Positions 48,278 to 57,665 of a stretch of DNA of 64,000 nucleotides are shown one piece after another. The stretch comes from an uncultured virus (IMG/VR IMGVR_UViG_3300017782_000009) (taxonomy: Duplodnaviria; Heunggongvirae; Uroviricota; Caudoviricetes): the IMG/VR virus record IMGVR_UViG_3300017782_000009. The stretch is one strand, 5' to 3'. The notes beneath the pieces were generated by a model that ran no database searches, was not told the DNA's origin, and saw nothing but the letters and a program-made list of their open reading frames with translations. Numbering within the stretch: the stretch's first letter is position 1; every line of letters starts with the position of its first letter. Made by a program: the position numbers and the translations under genes.

Positions 48278-50245
48278 ATGCAAACATTAAATATAGTAGC
48301 CAAAGAATTATTTAATAAAATAAGAGGACGCTTTCCAAGTGTTACTATTGGCGATGGTGAAGGTAATGTAACTACAACACCTGAACAGGCAAGATTTTAT
48401 GACTTTGATTTTATATCTGAAGGCAGAGCTGTAGGAAAAGTATCCATTAGTTTAGAAGATAAAGCAGTATCAGTAGTATATAATCAAGGACTAGTTACTA
48501 ACGAAGATAGTATTACTAAAGAAAGTTGGTATAATTTTTTAAAGGAATTAAGGCAATTTGCAAAAAAGCGTATGCTGAACTTTGATACCAGAGATATTAA
48601 TAAATCAAACTTAAATAGAAGAGATTACAAATTTTTAGCAAATAACCGTATAGAGGAAAAAACAATGAGCGAAGGAAAACTTTACGGTACAAGTAGATTA
48701 AGTTATCAAGACTTTGATGGCGCAAGGCTTGTATTACGTCATAGCCAGGCAGTTAACCAAGAAAGAGCTGCAGGTAGAACACAGAATGTTGAAAGCATCT
48801 ACATAGAAAGTGCTGAAGGAGAAAGATTCAAGTATCCATACAAGCATATCAATGGTGCTAGAGCAATGGCAAGACACGTTGCTGAAGGCGGTAATGCTTA
48901 TGATGATTTTGGTAAACATATTGTAGGACTAAGTGAAGAACTATCTAAGTTAAAGAAATTTAAAAATTACATGGGTCGCTCAAATGTAATGGCTGAAAGT
49001 TTAGCTGGATATGTTGATGTTGTTAAAGAACGTTTATCAACAGTTAAAAAGACAATCGAAAGTTTACAAAAGAAAGCATACTATACAGAAGCATTTGAAA
49101 ACTTTGAACAAACTGAAGTAACAGAAGTACCACAAGATGTTGCAGAAAATTGGATTGATGAATTAACTATCCGTCAGTTTAACGAAGAACTTAAAGATGT
49201 ATTCCCATACATTTATAGTTTAGTAAGTGAAAATACTCGTGCAAAAGAATTAGGTCCAACAGACTTAGAAGGCTATGTTGTATACGAAGGCAAAGTAAGA
49301 GACGAGTTACAAGATAACTTTGATGAGCTATGTGCAATGAAAGAAAAAGGCGCAAGTGATAAAGAATTAAAAGCCGCTGCTGATAAGATGGCATTTGGCG
49401 GACAAGCACTTGAAGCATGTTTATCAGGTGCAGATAATCCGTTTGGTAGTGACGATCATATGGAGCCAGACTTTGAATCACAATTAGAAAACGGCTTTGA
49501 AGAAATGATGGGTCAGTTTGGTGAAGCAGAAATGAAGTGGAAGCAAACTAGTATGTCACCAGAAGAAGCTGTAGCAAAGTACGGCAAAGAACACGTAAAA
49601 GTTAAAAAAGGCGGACTTAACAACGGTGACGATATGGTATCAGTACATGTTGCAGATGAAAGTTTTGACCCACAGTCAGAGCCAAGCAAGCAAGATATGA
49701 TGGCAGACGAGTTTATGACAGCATATGAAAAAGGTGGTGAACCAGCACTAGCAACAGCAATGGGCATAAGCGATCAAGAACTTGATCAAGAAATTACCGA
49801 GTACGGTATGGAACACGGCTTACATGCTGATGACGATAGAGATGATATTATCCAAGGTGTTATTGAACAAATGATCGATAATATGGACGAAGGTAATGCA
49901 TACGCACACGCTGTGAAGAAAGCAAAAGACAGTGGCAAGAAAAAGGGCGATGAAATTGATGGTCCAGATGGCGAAAAGATCAAGTTAGAAAAAGAAGAAC
50001 AAAAGACACCATTAGGCGAGTTCATACTAAGTTACTTTGATAGAGAAACTGGACAGTTTCCAAAAGGCGAAACAGCAGTATTAACAATGGTAGAAAAAGA
50101 TTACGGTGAAAACTACATTACACCTGCAAAACAATTTATTGAAGCAATTAATAATAAAGTAGCAGAAGTAATGGGCTACAAAGAACAAGAAGACGAAATA
50201 CAATCACCTGAACTAAGCAGAATTAGAGACTTAGCAGGACTTTAG
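48278..50245 (+). CDS. Large acidic hypothetical protein, probably late/virion-associated
   Basis: 655 aa, TAAATA-N4-ATG, ends 'ELSRIRDLAGL'. Confidence 0.65.
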   Translation: MQTLNIVAKELFNKIRGRFPSVTIGDGEGNVTTTPEQARFYDFDFISEGRAVGKVSISLEDKAVSVVYNQGLVTNEDSITKESWYNFLKELRQFAKKRMLNFDTRDINKSNLNRRDYKFLANNRIEEKTMSEGKLYGTSRLSYQDFDGARLVLRHSQAVNQERAAGRTQNVESIYIESAEGERFKYPYKHINGARAMARHVAEGGNAYDDFGKHIVGLSEELSKLKKFKNYMGRSNVMAESLAGYVDVVKERLSTVKKTIESLQKKAYYTEAFENFEQTEVTEVPQDVAENWIDELTIRQFNEELKDVFPYIYSLVSENTRAKELGPTDLEGYVVYEGKVRDELQDNFDELCAMKEKGASDKELKAAADKMAFGGQALEACLSGADNPFGSDDHMEPDFESQLENGFEEMMGQFGEAEMKWKQTSMSPEEAVAKYGKEHVKVKKGGLNNGDDMVSVHVADESFDPQSEPSKQDMMADEFMTAYEKGGEPALATAMGISDQELDQEITEYGMEHGLHADDDRDDIIQGVIEQMIDNMDEGNAYAHAVKKAKDSGKKKGDEIDGPDGEKIKLEKEEQKTPLGEFILSYFDRETGQFPKGETAVLTMVEKDYGENYITPAKQFIEAINNKVAEVMGYKEQEDEIQSPELSRIRDLAGL

Positions 50246-50293
50246 GCAAAGAATTTGAATCGTAAAAGATTCAAAATAAAGTCAAAAAAATAC

Positions 50294-50322
50294 TTGACTT
50301 TATAAATAAAAGAGTGTAACAT
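50294..50322 (+). promoter_or_regulatory. Overlapping sigma70-type and T4 late promoters for gp32
   Basis: TTGACT (50294-50299), 17 nt, TAACAT (50317-50322), with TATAAATA (50301-50308) in the spacer. Confidence 0.65.
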
Positions 50323-50389
50323 GTACTACATGTGTTACACTTTAACTAGGCACATAAAACCATATAAGGCATATAGGAGGCATTAAATT

Positions 50390-51376
50390 ATGGCATCACT
50401 AGCAGAAATCAGAGCAAAACTGAAAGAACAAGAATCACGTTCAAGTGGTTCGCAAAGCGGCGGCGGCGACAACGCAATTTACCCATTTTGGAATATCAAA
50501 GAAGGCGAGAGTGCAACTCTACGTTTCCTTCCTGATGGAGATGAGTCAAACACTTTCTTCTGGAAAGAGCGTTTGATGATTAAACTTCCATTCGCGGGTA
50601 TTAAAGGTGAGACTGACTCACGTCCAGTACAGGTACAAGTACCATGTATGGAAATGTACGGTGAAAGCTGTCCAGTACTAACTGAGGTACGTCCTTGGTT
50701 TAAAGACGCAAGTTTAGAAGACATGGGTCGTAAGTATTGGAAGAAGCGTTCATACGTATTCCAAGGATTTGTAACAGACAATCCATTGGCAGACGACAGT
50801 ACGCCAGAAAACCCTATTAGACGTTTTATTATTGGACCACAGATTTTCCAAATTATTAAAGCGGCACTAATGGACCCTGATATGGAAGAATTACCAACAG
50901 ATTATACTGCTGGTGTAGACTTCCGTCTTAACAAAACATCTAAAGGTGGATACGCAGACTACAGCACAAGTAATTGGGCACGTAGAGATCGTCCATTGAC
51001 AGATGTTGAAATGAATGCCATTAACACTAATGGTCTGTTTAACTTTTCAGACTTCCTTCCTAAAAAGCCAGATGAAGTGGCTGTTAAGGTAATTAAAGAA
51101 ATGTTTGAAGCATCAGTAGATGGTGAAGCATATGATCCTGATCGTTGGAGCAACTATTTCCGTCCAAGCGGAATGGCTGCACGTACAGGTGATCCTACAA
51201 AGGCGGCTTCTCCAGAAGCAACAGCAACTAGTCAAAGTGCTCCGGCTCCAGCGGCTGCTCCAGTAGCAGAAGCAACTCCAGAGCCAGCACCAGCAACAGC
51301 ACCAGCGGCTGCAGCAGGTGGCGGTGACGCAAGTGATATACTTGCAATGATCCGTAATAGACAAAACAACGGCTAG
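50390..51376 (+). CDS. gp32: Single-stranded DNA-binding protein, T4 gp32 family
   Basis: 'LRFLPD', 'CMEMYGESCP', 'YWKKRSY', 'GVDFRL.K..KGGYADYSTS', Ala/Pro-rich tail; AGGAGG SD. Confidence 0.85.
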   Translation: MASLAEIRAKLKEQESRSSGSQSGGGDNAIYPFWNIKEGESATLRFLPDGDESNTFFWKERLMIKLPFAGIKGETDSRPVQVQVPCMEMYGESCPVLTEVRPWFKDASLEDMGRKYWKKRSYVFQGFVTDNPLADDSTPENPIRRFIIGPQIFQIIKAALMDPDMEELPTDYTAGVDFRLNKTSKGGYADYSTSNWARRDRPLTDVEMNAINTNGLFNFSDFLPKKPDEVAVKVIKEMFEASVDGEAYDPDRWSNYFRPSGMAARTGDPTKAASPEATATSQSAPAPAAAPVAEATPEPAPATAPAAAAGGGDASDILAMIRNRQNNG

Positions 51377-51475
51377 CAAACATGCTTCTATTAGCAAACT
51401 CGAGAACAGAGATTCACGGTTTACCTGTCAACGTTCCAAACGCTAATAGAAGCAAACTTTAATATAGGAGATACA

Positions 51476-52555
51476 ATGGCTAAATCATTTGACGTAAGTA
51501 AATTTAGAAAAGACTTAACTAAGTCTATTCAAGGTATGAGTAGCGGCTTTAACGATCCAACAGATTGGGTAAGCACTGGCTCATATGCACTAAACTATCT
51601 TATTAGTGGCGACTTTAATAAAGGTGTTCCGCTAGGTAAGGTAACAGTGTTTGCAGGAGAGTCTGGCGCAGGTAAAAGTTATTTTGCGGCAGGTAATATT
51701 GTAAGACACGCACAAGAACAAGGCATTTATGTAGTTTTAATTGACTCAGAAAATGCACTTGACCAAGCATGGTTAGAAGCACTAGGTGTTGATTGTGATG
51801 AGTCGAAATTACTTAAATTAAGTATGAGTATGATCGACGATGTTGCAAAAACTATTTCAACATTTATGATAGACTACAAAGCAATGGATGAGGACGATCG
51901 TCCTAAAGTATTGTTTGTAATTGACTCACTAGGTATGCTACTAACACCAACCGATGTTGATCAGTTTAACAAGGGTGACATGAAAGGTGATATGGGTCGT
52001 AAGCCTAAAGCACTAACAGCACTTGTTAGAAATACTGTTAACATGATCGGCGCACATAACGTAGGTTTAGTTTGTACTAATCACACTTATGCATCGCAGG
52101 ATATGTTTGATCCAGATGATAAAATAAGTGGCGGACAGGGCTTTATATACGCTTCTAGTATTGTTGTAGCAATGAAGAAGTTAAAGCTCAAAGAAGATGC
52201 AGATGGTAACAAGATCAGTCAAGTTATGGGTATCCGTGCTGGCTGTAAAGTAATGAAAACACGTTATGCAAAACCGTTCGAAGGCGTACAAGTTAAGATT
52301 CCATACGAAACAGGTATGAATCCTTATAGTGGCGTTGTTGAACTTTTTGAAGCAAAAGGTGTTATCGAAAAGCAAGGTAACAGATTAAAATATGTTACTA
52401 TGGATGGAGAAGAGATTCTCGAATATCGTAAAAATTGGAATGGCGATTTATTAGACAAAGTTATGTCTGATCACATCACTCAAGAAGCTTCTGTGGTAAA
52501 TACCTCGAAAGAGGAAGATGTAGATCTACCAGAAGAAGTATTAACTGAGGAGTAA
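51476..52555 (+). CDS. uvsX: RecA-like recombinase
   Basis: STGSYALNYLISG, Walker A GESGAGKS, IDSENA, VIDSLG, TNHTY, SGG.G..YASS. Confidence 0.92.
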   Translation: MAKSFDVSKFRKDLTKSIQGMSSGFNDPTDWVSTGSYALNYLISGDFNKGVPLGKVTVFAGESGAGKSYFAAGNIVRHAQEQGIYVVLIDSENALDQAWLEALGVDCDESKLLKLSMSMIDDVAKTISTFMIDYKAMDEDDRPKVLFVIDSLGMLLTPTDVDQFNKGDMKGDMGRKPKALTALVRNTVNMIGAHNVGLVCTNHTYASQDMFDPDDKISGGQGFIYASSIVVAMKKLKLKEDADGNKISQVMGIRAGCKVMKTRYAKPFEGVQVKIPYETGMNPYSGVVELFEAKGVIEKQGNRLKYVTMDGEEILEYRKNWNGDLLDKVMSDHITQEASVVNTSKEEDVDLPEEVLTEE

Positions 52556-52557
52556 AT

Positions 52558-52803
52558 ATGAGCCACGGATTTGATGACGAAGCAGTAATTGCAGAAGTTT
52601 GGACAGTGTTCAAAGAGTACCTTGACAAGAAAAGTGTTGATCAAGCAGCAGAAAGGTTTGTTGATTTATTAGCAGACTATGGTGTTGGTGACGATACTTT
52701 AGCTCAAGCAATGGGTACGGATTCTGAACTAGACACAGCAATTAACTACTATCTCGATATAGAAGAGTCAGACATCCTAGACGAAGAAGAAGACTGGGGT
52801 TAG
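52558..52803 (+). CDS. Small acidic hypothetical protein
   Basis: GAGGAG SD, 81 aa. Confidence 0.65.
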   Translation: MSHGFDDEAVIAEVWTVFKEYLDKKSVDQAAERFVDLLADYGVGDDTLAQAMGTDSELDTAINYYLDIEESDILDEEEDWG

Positions 52804-52804
52804 T

Positions 52805-53260
52805 ATGGGTTGGTATAGCGAAGTATCAAGAGACATTAACAAGATTCCTGACGCTGTAGCGTTTTTTGAAAAAGAATTAAACGAGGCCAAAACTGAAGTT
52901 AAGTTATATGGCAACGTTGAAAAAGCAGCATCAGAAATGCCAGGTATTGTTGAACATCGTTTTAACCAACTTCAAGAAATTGAAGCCATACTAAACTATC
53001 TTAATATTGAACTACGCAGATTGCGTAGTTCTTTTTTCAAAAAATATCTTGAAAATTATCAACGAGCTCTGTCTAGCCGTGACGTTGAAAAATACGTAGA
53101 CGGTGAGGCAGACGTTGTTGACTACGAAAAAATTATTAATGAGTTTGCACTTATGCGTAACAAATGGTTAGGTTTACTTAAAGGACTTGATCAAAAACAA
53201 TGGCAGATTACTAATGTTGTTAAACTACGTGTAGCAGGCATGGAAGACGCAAGCCTTTAA
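52805..53260 (+). CDS. uvsY: Recombination mediator
   Basis: Helical; 'DVEKYVDGE', 'KGLDQKQWQITNVVKLRVAG'; downstream of uvsX. Confidence 0.75.
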   Translation: MGWYSEVSRDINKIPDAVAFFEKELNEAKTEVKLYGNVEKAASEMPGIVEHRFNQLQEIEAILNYLNIELRRLRSSFFKKYLENYQRALSSRDVEKYVDGEADVVDYEKIINEFALMRNKWLGLLKGLDQKQWQITNVVKLRVAGMEDASL

Positions 53261-53315
53261 TATTCTCTTACATAATCCTGGTTGGTAAATATACATAATA
53301 CACTAGGAGATCTTA

Positions 53316-53969
53316 ATGTTCGACGAATTCCAAAATTGGACTGTTCTAAAAGGTGACAGAACCTTAAAAAGAGCAATCCGAGCTCAAGGAACCGAAAACG
53401 TACTACAATATCAAAAAGAACAACTTGATATAGCATTAAGTTTTTGTGAAAACATGCGTCACGGAATTGACATTGGTGCAAATTATGGACTTATGTCTTA
53501 CAACATGTCGCCATATTTTGAACAAGTATCTTCTTTTGAAATAGTTCCTGAACTGAACAAATGTTTCAAACAAAATATGCAAAAGTTTGATATTCGAAAT
53601 GTTAATATATATAATTGCGGTTTAGGTGATAAAGAAAAAGAAGTAGCAATAGACTTTGACCCTCTAAGCACATTTAGAACACATGTTGATAAAGATACAA
53701 AAGGTTCTATTAAAATAAAAACATTAGACAGTTACAATTTTGGAAATGTGGACTTTATTAAAATGGATGTTGAAGGATACGAGCCTTTAGTTGTTAAGGG
53801 CGGAATAAAAACAATTGAAAAATTTAAACCTGTTATACTATACGAACAAAAAGGCCACGCTGAAAGATTTGGTTATAGAAAAAATATTGTTATGGAACTG
53901 CTTAGAGATCTCAAATATAGAAAACTAGCAAACGTAGGATCTAAAAATGCACTAATAGGTGTTATATAA
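53316..53969 (+). CDS. FkbM-family methyltransferase
   Basis: 'IDIGANYG', 'SFE', 'FIKMDVEGYE', 'KPVILYE'; TAAATA at 53286 and AGGAG SD. Confidence 0.85.
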   Translation: MFDEFQNWTVLKGDRTLKRAIRAQGTENVLQYQKEQLDIALSFCENMRHGIDIGANYGLMSYNMSPYFEQVSSFEIVPELNKCFKQNMQKFDIRNVNIYNCGLGDKEKEVAIDFDPLSTFRTHVDKDTKGSIKIKTLDSYNFGNVDFIKMDVEGYEPLVVKGGIKTIEKFKPVILYEQKGHAERFGYRKNIVMELLRDLKYRKLANVGSKNALIGVI

Positions 53970-53984
53970 TGAAATGGAGATTGA

Positions 53985-54539
53985 ATGGCACATTCTAATG
54001 AATATGTTGAAGAACTAAAAATACTACACAATAAAAAAACTTTTGGAGTAACTAAAGGAATACCTTTAGTAGTTAATAAGTTAATTGAAGAAAAAAATAT
54101 AAAAAGTTTTCTAGACTTTGGTGCCGGTAAAGGCGGCACTAGCGAATACATTAGAAATCAATATCCTAATGTTCTTTTACATACATTTGATCCTGCAACA
54201 TTTCCAAATCCTTTACCTGAAGAAGTTGAATTAACTTATAGTAGTGATGTGCTAGAGCATGTTGAAGAACATCTAATTGACGAAACATTACAAGACCTAT
54301 GTAAGCGTTCTACTAGATATCAATATCATTTAATAGCATGTCATCCTGCAAAGAAAACATTAAGCGACGGACGTAATGCACATCTAATTATTGAAAAACC
54401 TAAATGGTGGAAACGTAAGATACAAGCAATATCTGATTGGAAAATTATACACGAAGACATAATGGATCATGTTGCACAACCAAAAAAAGGTCCACCTATT
54501 AATGTTGTAAAATATATTGTAATAATGGAAAAGTTATGA
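53985..54539 (+). CDS. Class I SAM methyltransferase
   Basis: 'LDFGAGKG', 'SDVLEHV', 'DGRNAHLI'. Confidence 0.8.
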   Translation: MAHSNEYVEELKILHNKKTFGVTKGIPLVVNKLIEEKNIKSFLDFGAGKGGTSEYIRNQYPNVLLHTFDPATFPNPLPEEVELTYSSDVLEHVEEHLIDETLQDLCKRSTRYQYHLIACHPAKKTLSDGRNAHLIIEKPKWWKRKIQAISDWKIIHEDIMDHVAQPKKGPPINVVKYIVIMEKL

Positions 54540-55156
54540 AGCAAGTATTTGAATACTGGATGCCGTCAACTGACGACCATTTTGAAAGACTGATTAAGAA
54601 AAGAGTTCGTCGAGGTGGCCCTCCTGAATATCAAGATGATGTAAGAGAAGCAGCTTATCAACATGTTACTGACTTTAATGTGTGTTTAGATATTGGAGCA
54701 AACGTTGGTCTTTGGGCTAAACCCTTAACTAGAAAATTTAATAAAGTTATTGCATTTGAACCTTTAGAACAAGTATATTCTTGTTTAGAAAAAAACACAG
54801 AAGGATTAAATGTTGAAATACATAAGTGTGCATTAGGTAATAAAAATTCAACTATTGATATGAAGTATGACAGTCATAATACTGGTGCTAGTCATGTTAT
54901 CGAAGGAGAAGGATCTATTAATGTTCGACGTCTAGACGATATTGATTTACCAAAGTTCGGGCTAGTTAAGATTGACTGTGAGCGTTATGAACTTGAAATA
55001 CTTAAAGGTGCAATAGACACTTTATTAAAATATAAGCCAATTGTAGTTTGTGAGCAACACCCAGATACAAATTATTGTGCAGGTAAATTCTTAAAAGACC
55101 ACGGTGCCATTGAGCTTACCAATGTAAGAAAGGATTACGTATTTGGTTGGGAATAA
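54536..55156 (+). CDS. FkbM-family methyltransferase
   Basis: 'LDIGANVG', 'AFEP', 'VKIDCERYE'. Confidence 0.85.
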   Translation: MKQVFEYWMPSTDDHFERLIKKRVRRGGPPEYQDDVREAAYQHVTDFNVCLDIGANVGLWAKPLTRKFNKVIAFEPLEQVYSCLEKNTEGLNVEIHKCALGNKNSTIDMKYDSHNTGASHVIEGEGSINVRRLDDIDLPKFGLVKIDCERYELEILKGAIDTLLKYKPIVVCEQHPDTNYCAGKFLKDHGAIELTNVRKDYVFGWE

Positions 55157-55201
55157 CACCATAATATAGTTCCTGCCATTAAGTACGCACTAAATACTAG
55201 C

Positions 55202-55975
55202 ATGGAACGCATCGTATTAGTAACAGGCGGCTTTGATCCGCTTCACTCCGGACATATTGCTTATTTTAAAGAAGCAAAAAAATTAGGAACAAAACTAATT
55301 GTAGGAGTTAACTCAGACGAATGGTTAACTCGAAAGAAAGGCAGACCTTTTATGTCTTTCGAAGAACGCATTTCTATCATCAAAGAACTATCCATTGTTG
55401 ATAAAGTAATTGGATTTAATGACAGCGACGATACTGCTTGTCATGCAATCTTCCACACGTTAAGTACACACGGTAGTGGAACTAAAGTAATCTTTGCTAA
55501 CGGCGGAGATAGAACTAACGATAATATCCCAGAAATGAAAACATACGGCGACATGCCTTATGTAGATTTTGTATTTGGTGTCGGTGGCACTGACAAGCAA
55601 AATAGTAGTAGTTGGATATTAGACGAATGGAAACAACCTAAAACAGATAGGAATTGGGGGTACTATAGAGTGTTACATGAAAATGGAAAAGAAGTAAAAG
55701 TAAAAGAATTAACAGTTGATCCAGGACAAAAATTATCTATGCAACGGCATCAACACAGGAGTGAACATTGGTTTGTTAGTACAGGTACAGCAACCGTTTA
55801 CACTTTAGATACATCAACTGATGTAGATTTATATGGAACATATAGAACACATGAGAGCTTACATATACCGCAAGGCATGTGGCATCAGTTAGCAAATGAA
55901 ACAACAGAACCGTTAACACTAGTTGAAATACAGTATGGTACTGAATGCGTGGAGGAAGACATTGAGCGAAGATAA
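55202..55975 (+). CDS. Cytidylyltransferase-family (RfaE/TagD-like) domain fused to a mannose-6-P-isomerase-type cupin
   Basis: 'TGGFDPLHSGH', 'GVNSD', 'ANGGDR', 'SSS'; C-terminal 'WGYY', 'LSMQRHQHRSEHW', 'EIQYG...EEDIER'. Confidence 0.85.
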   Translation: MERIVLVTGGFDPLHSGHIAYFKEAKKLGTKLIVGVNSDEWLTRKKGRPFMSFEERISIIKELSIVDKVIGFNDSDDTACHAIFHTLSTHGSGTKVIFANGGDRTNDNIPEMKTYGDMPYVDFVFGVGGTDKQNSSSWILDEWKQPKTDRNWGYYRVLHENGKEVKVKELTVDPGQKLSMQRHQHRSEHWFVSTGTATVYTLDTSTDVDLYGTYRTHESLHIPQGMWHQLANETTEPLTLVEIQYGTECVEEDIERR

Positions 55976-57665
55976 AATAAAAAAACAAAAACCGTTAAAA
56001 GTTTATGTAGGCTGGGACTCTAGAGAGCCCATTGCTTTTGAGGTTTGTAAGGCAAGCATACTAAAACATGCAACAGTACCAGTTAAAATTGTGCCGTTAA
56101 AAAGACATAATCTTGTAAGAGATAATATGTATTGGCGAGAAGAAGATGCACTGGCTAGTACAGAATTTACATTTACTAGATTCTTAGTTCCAGACTTAAT
56201 GGGTCACAGAGGCTGGGCATTGTTTATTGACTGTGACTTTTTATTCTTGACAGACATTAAAGAATTGTTTGATCAGGTTAATGATAATTATGCTGTTATG
56301 TGTGTTCATCACGACTATACTCCTAAAGAAGGAGAAAAGATGGACGGACAAAAACAACTTAACTATCCACGTAAAAACTGGTCAAGTGCTGTATTATGGA
56401 ATTGCGGTCATCCTGATAATAAAGTTGTTGACAAAGAGTTAGTTAACGATCCTACTATAGACGGCAAGTATATGCATAGATTTAGTTGGCTTACTGATGA
56501 CAAAATAGGAAAGATTAGTCACGAATGGAATTGGTTAGTTGGTTGGTATAAGCCTGTACGTGACGGACAACCAAAAGCATTACATTACACTGAAGGCGGT
56601 CCTTGGTTTGATCAATATCGTAATTGTCCATTTAGTAAAGAATGGTATGAAGCACAAGCGGCTATGTACGAAGATAGAGTTAAAGAACTTACTCAAGAAG
56701 TAAAAGACTTAAAAAATAGAACAGTTGAGATAGACGAATTAACATTGCCTAAAGAAACTAAAACATTACTAAATGCCTATTTACAAAATCTTATAGACCC
56801 AACAGAAGCAATTTACAAATCAAAAGAAACAATTAAACATATAACGGAGAAAAGAATGGGAGTAAAAGTAGCGGCTATCGCACCCGGCGCAGACGACTTT
56901 GATCTTGACAAGAAAGGATTAGAATATGATCCTTATTTGCAAGATTTCATTATAGGGTGTGGCGGTAACATTAGCGAGTTCAACTTGCAAGAAGGCACTA
57001 AAAACACCTTAGTTATAAGGGGTCTAGGTGGTGGAAGTCAGAAAGCATTAAAGTATTGTATAGAAAATAAAGTGGATTATTATGCAATTGATACAGGTTA
57101 TTTACAACCGGGATCACGTAAAGACTACCACAGAGTCACAAGAAATAATCTACAAAACTTAGGTCCTATTGTTGATCGAGATTTAGATCGACTTGGCAAA
57201 CTTAATTGGAAATGGCGTAAGCCTAGAAAAAATAATAAGAAGATTTTAATTTGTCCGCCAAGCGAAAAGGTAATGAAGTTTTACGGAGAAAACTTAGACG
57301 AGTGGTTAAAGAATACTGTTGACACAATTAAAACTTTAACTAATGCACCAATTGAAATTAGAAAGAAACCAGACAGACGTATACGTGTTACTACAGATAC
57401 AATATGGGACGCACTTGATACAGCGTCATGCCTTGTAACGTATAACAGTATTGCAGCAACAGAAGCTGTACTACATAGCATACCTGCTATTGCACTAGCA
57501 CCAAATGCAGCTTCAGTACTATGTAGTAATAACTTACGTGATGTTGTAAGACCAGAAGTACCTGAAAAAGAAGATGTTATAAGGTATGCGGCACATTTAT
57601 CATACTGTCAATTTACAGCACAAGAATTAAGAACAGGCACTGCCTGGAAGTTACTTAATTCATGA
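55962..57665 (+). CDS. GT-A (GT8-like) glycosyltransferase fused to a capsule-biosynthesis (KpsS/KpsC-like) domain; probable TTG start at 55962
   Basis: GGAGG at 55951 before the in-frame TTG. N-domain has 'STEFTFTRF', DCD, 'YPRKNWSS' and 'HYTEGGPW'; C-domain has 'IDTGY', 'IRKKP' and 'LVTYNS.AA.EA'. Confidence 0.7.
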   Translation: MSEDKIKKQKPLKVYVGWDSREPIAFEVCKASILKHATVPVKIVPLKRHNLVRDNMYWREEDALASTEFTFTRFLVPDLMGHRGWALFIDCDFLFLTDIKELFDQVNDNYAVMCVHHDYTPKEGEKMDGQKQLNYPRKNWSSAVLWNCGHPDNKVVDKELVNDPTIDGKYMHRFSWLTDDKIGKISHEWNWLVGWYKPVRDGQPKALHYTEGGPWFDQYRNCPFSKEWYEAQAAMYEDRVKELTQEVKDLKNRTVEIDELTLPKETKTLLNAYLQNLIDPTEAIYKSKETIKHITEKRMGVKVAAIAPGADDFDLDKKGLEYDPYLQDFIIGCGGNISEFNLQEGTKNTLVIRGLGGGSQKALKYCIENKVDYYAIDTGYLQPGSRKDYHRVTRNNLQNLGPIVDRDLDRLGKLNWKWRKPRKNNKKILICPPSEKVMKFYGENLDEWLKNTVDTIKTLTNAPIEIRKKPDRRIRVTTDTIWDALDTASCLVTYNSIAATEAVLHSIPAIALAPNAASVLCSNNLRDVVRPEVPEKEDVIRYAAHLSYCQFTAQELRTGTAWKLLNS

